In this document: piece by piece, positions 56,413 to 64,000 of the stretch
Layout of the letters: each line of letters starts with the position of its first letter
How positions within the stretch are numbered: position 1 is the stretch's first letter
Assembly: GCF_009914755.1 (NCBI RefSeq)
Contig: NC_060948.1
DNA length: 64,000 nt
Origin: the human T2T-CHM13v2.0 reference genome, Homo sapiens
Strand: one strand, 5' to 3'
Translations under genes and position numbers: made by a program
The notes under the pieces: model-generated
Database searches by the model: none
Told to the model about the DNA's origin: nothing
Seen by the model: only the letters and a program-made list of their open reading frames with translations

Positions 56413-59400
56413 AGGCCTGGAATAAAGTGGAATGCTACGGTCTCGAATGGAATAAAAATGTATGGAATGGAATGCAATGAAACGGAATCGAATGTCATAG
56501 AATGTAATGGAATGCAAAAAAATGGAATCCAAAATCATTGACTGGAAAGGCTGGGTGTCGAAAGGAATTGACTCCAATGGAATGGAATCGAATGGAATGG
56601 AAGTGAATAGAATCGAACTAAATCGAATGGAATGGAATTGATAGGAACGGAATGGAAAGGAATGCAATGATTTGGCATGGAATGGAATCTAATGGCATCG
56701 AATGGAATGGAATGGAATGCAATGGAATGGAATGTATTAGAATGTAATGAACTTTAATGGAATGTACTCGAATGGATTCGACTGGAATGGAATGTTCTGG
56801 AAGTGAATGGACTCCAATGGAATGGATTCAAAAGGAATGGAATCGTACGGAATGGAATCTAATGGAATGGAATTAAATGGAAATGAATCAAATTGAATAG
56901 CACGGAATTGAATTGAATGGAATCGAATGCAATGGAATCTAATGAAACGGAAAGGAATGGAATGGAATGGAATGGAATGGAATGGGCTGGAATGGAAAGG
57001 AATCGAAACGAATGGAATGGAATCGAACTGAAGAGACTGGAATGGAATGCACTGGAATGGAAGGGAGTGTAATGGAAGGTTCTCGAAAGAAATGGAATCG
57101 AATGGAATGGAATTGAATGGAACGGAATAGAGTCGAATGGAATTGAATGGAATGGAATGGACTAGAGTGAAATGGAATCGAACCACAAGGAATGGACAGG
57201 AATAGAATGGTCTCGAATTGAATGGAATCGTATGGAATGGCATCAAACGGAATGGAATGGACAGCCACGGAATGGAATGCACTCGAATGCAATGGAGTCG
57301 AAACTAATGGACTGGAATAGAATGGACTCGACTGGTACGGACTCCAATGGAATGGAATCGAATGGAAGGGAATCGAACGGAATGGACTCGAAGGGAAAAG
57401 ACTGCAATGGAAAGGTCTCGAATGGAATGGAAATTAATGGAATGGAATGGAATCGAATGAAATGGAGTCAAAAGGAATGGAATCGAATGGCAAGAAATCG
57501 AATGTAATGGAATCGCAAGGAATTGATGTGAACGGAACGGAATGGAATGGAATCCAAAGGAATGGAATCGAATGGAATGGAATCGAATGGAAAGGACTCG
57601 AATGGAAATCACTCGAATAGAATGCAATTTAATAAAATAGGATCAAATGTAATGGAATGGAATGGAAAGGAATCGAAACGAAAGGAATGGAGACAGATGG
57701 AATGGAATGGAACAGAGAGCAATGGTATAGAATGGAATGGAATCATCTGGAATGGAATTGAATGGAATGGAATAATATGAAATGGAATGGAATGGAATGG
57801 AATGGAATGCCCTTGAATTAAATGGACTGGAATGGAATGGACTCGAACAGAGTGGAATGGAAAGTGTTGAGATAGAATGGAATGGACTCGTTTGGAATGG
57901 TGTAGTATGCAATGCAATCGACTGGCAGGGAATCAAAAGGAATGTAATGGAATGGATTGGACTGGAATGCAATGGACTCGAATAGATTGGAAACGGAATG
58001 CAAAGGAATGGAATGGAATAGTATGGAATGGAATGGAAAGGAATGGAGTGGAATAGACTAGAGTGGAATGGAATGGACTGGAAAGCAATGGACTGGAATG
58101 GAACTTTCCTGAATGGACTGGAATCAAACGGAATGGAATGCAATGCAATCAAATGGCATGGAATAAAATAGAATGAAAGAGAATCAAATGGAATTGAATC
58201 GAATGGAATCGAATGGATTGGAAAGGAATAGAATGGAATGGAATGGAATTGACTCAAATGGAATGGACTAGAATGGAATGGATTCGAATGGAAGGCAAAG
58301 GAATGGAATCTTGGAATGGACTGTAATGGAATGGAATGGAAGGGATTGGAATGGACTCGAATGGAATGGACTGCAATAGAAAGGATTCGAATGGAATGAA
58401 AAAGAATTGAATGGAATAGAACAGAATGGAATCAAATCGAATGAAATGGAATGGAATAGAAAGGAATGGAATGAAATGGAATGGAAAGGATTCGAATGGA
58501 ATGCAATCGAATGGAATGAAATCGAACGGAATGGAATAAAATGGAAGAAAACTGGCAAGAAATGGAATCGAAATGAATAGAGTGTTATGGAACGGACTCA
58601 AAAGGAATTGAATGTAATAGAATGGAGTGGAGTGGACTCGAATATAATGGACTGGAATGGAATGAAATCACATGGAATGGGAACGAATGGAATGGAATGG
58701 AAAGGAATGGAATCGAATGGAAAGGAATCGAATGGAAGGGAATGAAATTGAATCAACAGGAATGGAAGGGAATAGAATAGACGGTAATGGAATGGACTCG
58801 AATAGAATGGACACGAATGCTCAAATTGAATGGACTCGAATGGAATGGAAACGAAAGGAATGTCATCGAATGGAATTGAATCGATTGGAATGAAATCGCA
58901 TAGAATGGAGTGGAATCAAATGGAATTGAATCGAAAGGAAAGGAAGCGAATGGATTGAAATGAAATGGAATGGAATTGAATGGAAAGTAATGCAATGGAA
59001 TAGAATGGAACGAAATTTCACGGAATGGAATCAAACTGAATGGAATCAAATCAATGGAATCAAATCAAATGGAATGGAAAGGAATTGAATGGAGTAGATT
59101 GGATTGGATGGGATTGGAATGAAATGTACTGGAAAGGACTCGAATTTCATGAAACGGAATGGAATGAATTGGAACGGAATGGACTCGAATGGAATGGAAT
59201 GTCATGGAATGGCATCAAATGGTATGGCATCAAATGGAATGGAATCGAATGCAATGGAATGCTATGGAATGGAATGGAATGCATTGGAATGGAATGTCCT
59301 CTAATGGAATGGATTCGAGTGGAATGGAATCGAATATAATGCAGTCGAATGAAATGGAATTGAAAGGAATGGGATCGAATACAATGGAATATACTGGAAT

Positions 59401-59964
59401 GTAATGTAATGAACTCGAATGTAATTGACTGGAATGGAATGTACATGAATGGAATGTAATCGAATGGAAAGTAATCCAATGGAATAGAATCTAATGCAAT
59501 AAAATCGACTCAGATAGAGTAGAATGTAATGGAATGGAGTGCAGTGCAATGGAATGGAATGGAATGCAATGGAATGGAATGGAATGGAAAGGAATGGAAT
59601 GGGATGGAATGGTATGGAATGGATAGTAATGGACTGGAGTGAAATGGACTGGAAAGGAATGGACTCAAATTGAAAGGGCTCGAAAGGAATGGAGTCAAAT
59701 GGAATGGTCTGGAATGGAATGAACACGAATGTAATGCAATCCAATAGAATGGAATCGAATGGCATGGAATATAAAGAAATGGAATCGAAGAGAATGGAAA
59801 CAAATGGAATGGAATTGAATGGAATGGAATTGAATGGAATGGGAAGGAATGGAGTGAAATTGTATGCAGTAGAAGGGAATAGAATGGAATGCAAGCGAAA
59901 GGAAAGGAATGGATTGGAATGGAATGGAATTCATTGGAATGGAAGGGAATGTAGTGTAATGGAC
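56413..59964 (+). repeat. DYZ1 monomer U17 (3552 bp)
   Basis: AGGCCT 56413 to 59965; 2-bp deletion near 58311. Confidence 0.92.
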
Positions 59965-62900
59965 AGGCCTGGAATAAAGTGGAATGCTACGGTCTCGAAT
60001 GGAATAAAAATGTATGGAATGGAATGCAATGAAACGGAATCGAATGTCATAGAATGTAATGGAATGCAAAAAAATGGAATCCAAAATCATTGACAGGAAA
60101 GGCTGGGTGTCGAAAGGAATTGACTCCAATGGAATGGAATCGAATGGAATGGAAGTGAATAGAATCGAACTAAATCGAATGGAATGGAATTGATAGGAAC
60201 GGAATGGAAAGGAATGCAATGATTTGGCATGGAATGGAATCTAATGGCATCGAATGGAATGGAATGGAATGCAATGGAATGGAATGTATTAGAATGTAAT
60301 GAACTTTAATGGAATGTACTCGAATGGATTCGACTGGAATGGAATGTTCTGGAAGTGAATGGACTCCAATGGAATGGATTCAAAAGGAATGGAATCGTAC
60401 GGAATGGAATCTAATGGAATGGAATTAAATGGAAATGAATCAAATTGAATAGCACGGAATTGAATGGAATGGAATGGAATGCAATGGAATCTAATGATAC
60501 GGAAAGGAAAGGAATGGAATGGAATGGAATGGGCTGGAATGGAAAGGAATCGAAACGAATGGAATGGAATCGAACTGAAGAGACTGGAATGGAATGCACT
60601 GGAATGGAAGGGAGTGTAATGGAAGGTTCTCGAAAGAAATGGAATCGAATGGAATGGAATTGAATGGAACGGAATAGAGTCGAATGGAATTGAATGGAAT
60701 GGAATGGACTAGAGTGAAATGGAATCGAACCACAAGGAATGGACAGGAATAGAATGGTCTCGAATTGAATGGAATCGTATGGAATGGCATCAAACGGAAT
60801 GGAATGGACAGCCACGGAATGGAATGCACTCGAATGCAATGGAGTCGAAACTAATGGACTGGAATAGAATGGACTCGACTGGTACGGACTCCAATGGAAT
60901 GGAATCGAATGGAAGGGAATCGAACGGAATGGACTCGAAGGGAAAAGACTGCAATGGAAAGGTCTCGAATGGAATGGAAATTAATGGAATGGAATGGAAT
61001 CGAATGAAATGGAGTCAAAAGGAATGGAATCGAATGGCAAGAAATCGAATGTAATGGAATCGCAAGGAATTGATGTGAACGGAACGGAATGGAATGGAAT
61101 CCAAAGGAATGGAATCGAATGGAATGGAATCGAATGGAAAGGACTCGAATGGAAATCACTCGAATAGAATGCAATTTAATAAAATAGGATCAAATGTAAT
61201 GGAATGGAATGGAAAGGAATCGAAACGAAAGGAATGGAGACAGATGGAATGGAATGGAACAGAGAGCAATGGTATAGAATGGAATGGAATCATCTGGAAT
61301 GGAATTGAATGGAATGGAATAATATGAAATGGAATGGAATGGAATGGAATGGAATGCCCTTGAATTAAATGGACTGGAATGGAATGGACTCGAACAGAGT
61401 GGAATGGAAAGTGTTGAGATAGAATGGAATGGACTCCTTTGGAATGGTGTAGTATGCAATGCAATCGACTGGCAGGGAATCAAAAGGAATGTAATCGAAT
61501 GGATTGGACTGGAATGCAATGGACTCGAATAGATTGGAAACGGAATGCAAAGGAATGGAATGGAATAGTATGGAATGGAATGGAAAGGAATGGAGTGGAA
61601 TAGACTAGAGTGGAATGGAATGGACTGGAAAGCAATGGACTGGAATGGAACTTTCCTGAATGGACTGGAATCAAACGGAATGGAATGCAATGCAATCAAA
61701 TGGCATGGAATAAAATAGAATGAAAGAGAATCAAATGGAATTGAATCGAATGGAATCGAATGGATTGGAAAGGAATAGAATGGAATGGAATGGAATTGAC
61801 TCAAATGGAATGGACTAGAATGGAATGGATTCGAATGGAAGGCAAAGGAATGGAATCTTGGAATGGACTGTAATGGAATGGAATGGAAGGGATTGGAATG
61901 GACTCGAATGGAATGGACTGCAATAGAAAGGATTCGAATGGAATGAAAAAGAATTGAATGGAATAGAACACAATGGAATCAAATCGAATGAAATGGAATG
62001 GAATAGAAAGGAATGGAATGAAATGGAATGGAAAGGATTCGAATGGAATGCAATCGAATGGAATGGAATCGAACGGAATGGAATAAAATGGAAGAAAACT
62101 GGCAAGAAATGGAATCGAAATGAATAGAGTGTTATGGAACGGACTCAAAAGGAATTGAATGTAATAGAATGGAGTGGAGTGGACTCGAATATAATGGACT
62201 GGAATGGAATGAAATCACATGGAATGGGAACGAATGGAATGGAATGGAAAGGAATGGAATCGAATGGAAAGGAATCGAATGGAAGGGAATGAAATTGAAT
62301 CAACAGGAATGGAAGGGAATAGAATAGACGGTAATGGAATGGACTCGAATAGAATGGACACGAATGCTCAAATTGAATGGACTCGAATGGAATGGAAACG
62401 AAAGGAATGTCATCGAATGGAATTGAATCGATTGGAATGAAATCGCATAGAATGGAGTGGAATCAAATGGAATTGAATCGAAAGGAAAGGAAGCGAATGG
62501 ACTGAAATGAAATGGAATGGAATTGAATGGAAAGTAATGCAATGGAATAGAATGGAACGAAATTTCACGGAATGGAATCAAACTGAATGGAATCAAATCA
62601 ATGGAATCAAATCAAATGGAATGGAAAGGAATTGAATGGAGTAGATTGGATTGGATGGGATTGGAATGAAATGTACTGGAAAGGACTCGAATTTCATGAA
62701 ACGGAATGGAATGAATTGGAACGGAATGGACTCGAATGGAATGGAATGTCATGGAATGGCATCAAATGGAATGGCATCAAATGGAATGGAATCGAATGCA
62801 ATGGAATGCTATGGAATGGAATGGAATGCATTGGAATGGAATGTCCTCTAATGGAATGGATTCGAGTGGAATGGAATCGAATATAATGGAGTCGAATGAA

Positions 62901-63516
62901 ATGGAATTGAAAGGAATGGGATCGAATAGAATGGAATATACTGGAATGTAATGTAATGAACTCGAATGTAATTGACTGGAATGGAATGTACATGAATGGA
63001 ATGTAATCGAATGGAAAGTAATCCAATGGAATAGAATCTAATGCAATAAAATCGACTCAGATAGAGTAGAATGTAATGGAATGGAGTGCAGTGCAATGGA
63101 ATGGAATGGAATGGAATGGAATGGAATGGAATGGAATGGAATGGAATGGAATGGGATGCAATGGTATGGAATGGATAGTAATGGACTGGAATGAAATGGA
63201 CTGGAAAAGAATGGACTCAAATTGAAAGGGCTAGAAAGGAATGGAGTCAAATGGAATGGTCTGGAATGGAATGAACACGAATGTAATGCAATCCAATAGA
63301 ATGGAATCGAATGGCATGGAATATAAAGAAATGGAATCGAAGAGAATGGAAACAAATGGAATGGAATTGAATGGAATGGAATTGAATGGAATGGGAACGA
63401 ATGGAGTGAAACTGTATGCAGTAGAAGAGAATTGAATGGAATGCAAGCGAAAGGAAAGGAATGGATTGCAATGGAATGGAATTCATTGTAATGGAAGGGA
63501 ATGTAGTGTAATGGAC
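59965..63516 (+). repeat. DYZ1 monomer U18 (3552 bp)
   Basis: AGGCCT 59965 to 63517; 2-bp deletion near 61858. Confidence 0.92.
63098..63152 (+). repeat. Pure (GGAAT)11 microsatellite tract
   Basis: Uninterrupted GGAAT run; the GCAAT interruption present at this position in the other monomers is absent. Confidence 0.85.
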
Positions 63517-64000
63517 AGGCCTGGAATAAAGTGGAATGCTACGGTCTCGAATGGAATAAAAATGTATGGAATGGAATGCAATGAAACGGAATCGAATGTC
63601 ATAGAATGTAATGGAATGCAAAAAAATGGAATCCAAAATCATTGACTGGAAAGGCTGGGTGTCGAAAGGAATTGACTCCAATGGAATGGAATCGAATGGA
63701 ATGGAAGTGAATAGAATCGAACTAAATCGAATGGAATGGAATTGATAGGAACGGAATGGAAAGGAATGCAATGATTTGGCATGGAATGGAATCTAATGGC
63801 ATCGAATGGAATGGAATAGAATGCAATGGAATGGAATGTATTAGAATGTAATGAACTTTAATGGAATGTACTCGAATGGATTCGACTGGAATGGAATGTT
63901 CTGGAAGTGAATGGACTCCAATGGAATGGATTCAAAAGGAATGGAATCGTACGGAATGGAATCTAATGGAATGGAATTAAATGGAAATGAATCAAATTGA

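Larger units (their letters stand above)
1..64000 (+). repeat. DYZ1: Human satellite III (HSat3) array, DYZ1 family (Yq12 heterochromatin); GGAAT strand on +
   Basis: Continuous diverged GGAAT pentamers with ~3.56-kb higher-order periodicity, and one conserved HaeIII/StuI site and one EcoRI site per unit. Two intervals are exactly 3564 bp, the canonical DYZ1 length. 241-263 (TTGAATGGAATGGGAACGAATGG) and the reverse complement of 372-394 (TCCACTTTATTCCAGGCCTGTCC) match, from memory, the classic Y1.2/Y1.1 DYZ1 sexing primers. Confidence 0.96.

Noticed and set aside
76-63771. Hundreds of ORFs on both strands (MEWNG-rich on +, FHSIP-rich on -)
   Set aside because: These are direct translations of a 5-bp repeat that lacks stop codons. 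They overlap in all frames, show no recognisable domains and are freely frameshifted between monomers.
1-64000. CRISPR-like or phage/prokaryotic repeat system
   Set aside because: There are no constant repeats separated by unique spacers and no cas or other genes; the sequence is mammalian satellite DNA.
1-64000. HSat2, chromosome 9 HSat3, or a pathogenic (TGGAA)n expansion
   Set aside because: There is no regular CATTCGATTC-based ~26-bp HSat2 pattern. The period is ~3.56 kb with DYZ1 landmarks, and pure runs are at most ~11 pentamers.

Overview
The whole 64 kb is one uninterrupted, single-orientation array of diverged (GGAAT)n pentamers, i.e. human classical satellite III (HSat3). It is organised into ~3.56-kb monomers that match the Y-specific DYZ1 repeat of Yq12 heterochromatin. 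A StuI/HaeIII landmark (AGGCCT) recurs 19 times, at 376, 3909, 7017, 10570, 14130, 17694, 21248, 24797, 28361, 31930, 35499, 39042, 42615, 46153, 49267, 52851, 56413, 59965 and 63517. This gives 18 complete monomers (U1-U18; 3533-3584 bp, plus two of ~3.11 kb). I see no credible protein-coding gene, RNA gene, mobile element or CRISPR array: all ORFs are translations of the pentamer (MEWNG / FHSIP). I found no new gene system. The interesting structure is in the repeat itself. Each monomer carries three in-register perfect heat-shock elements, and a fourth has been gained in one copy. An identical 440-bp deletion allele recurs 12 monomers apart. There are also clustered monomer subfamilies and mosaics, one hypervariable pure-pentamer tract per monomer, four fixed register breaks, and two clusters of private substitutions. 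All counts were made by eye.
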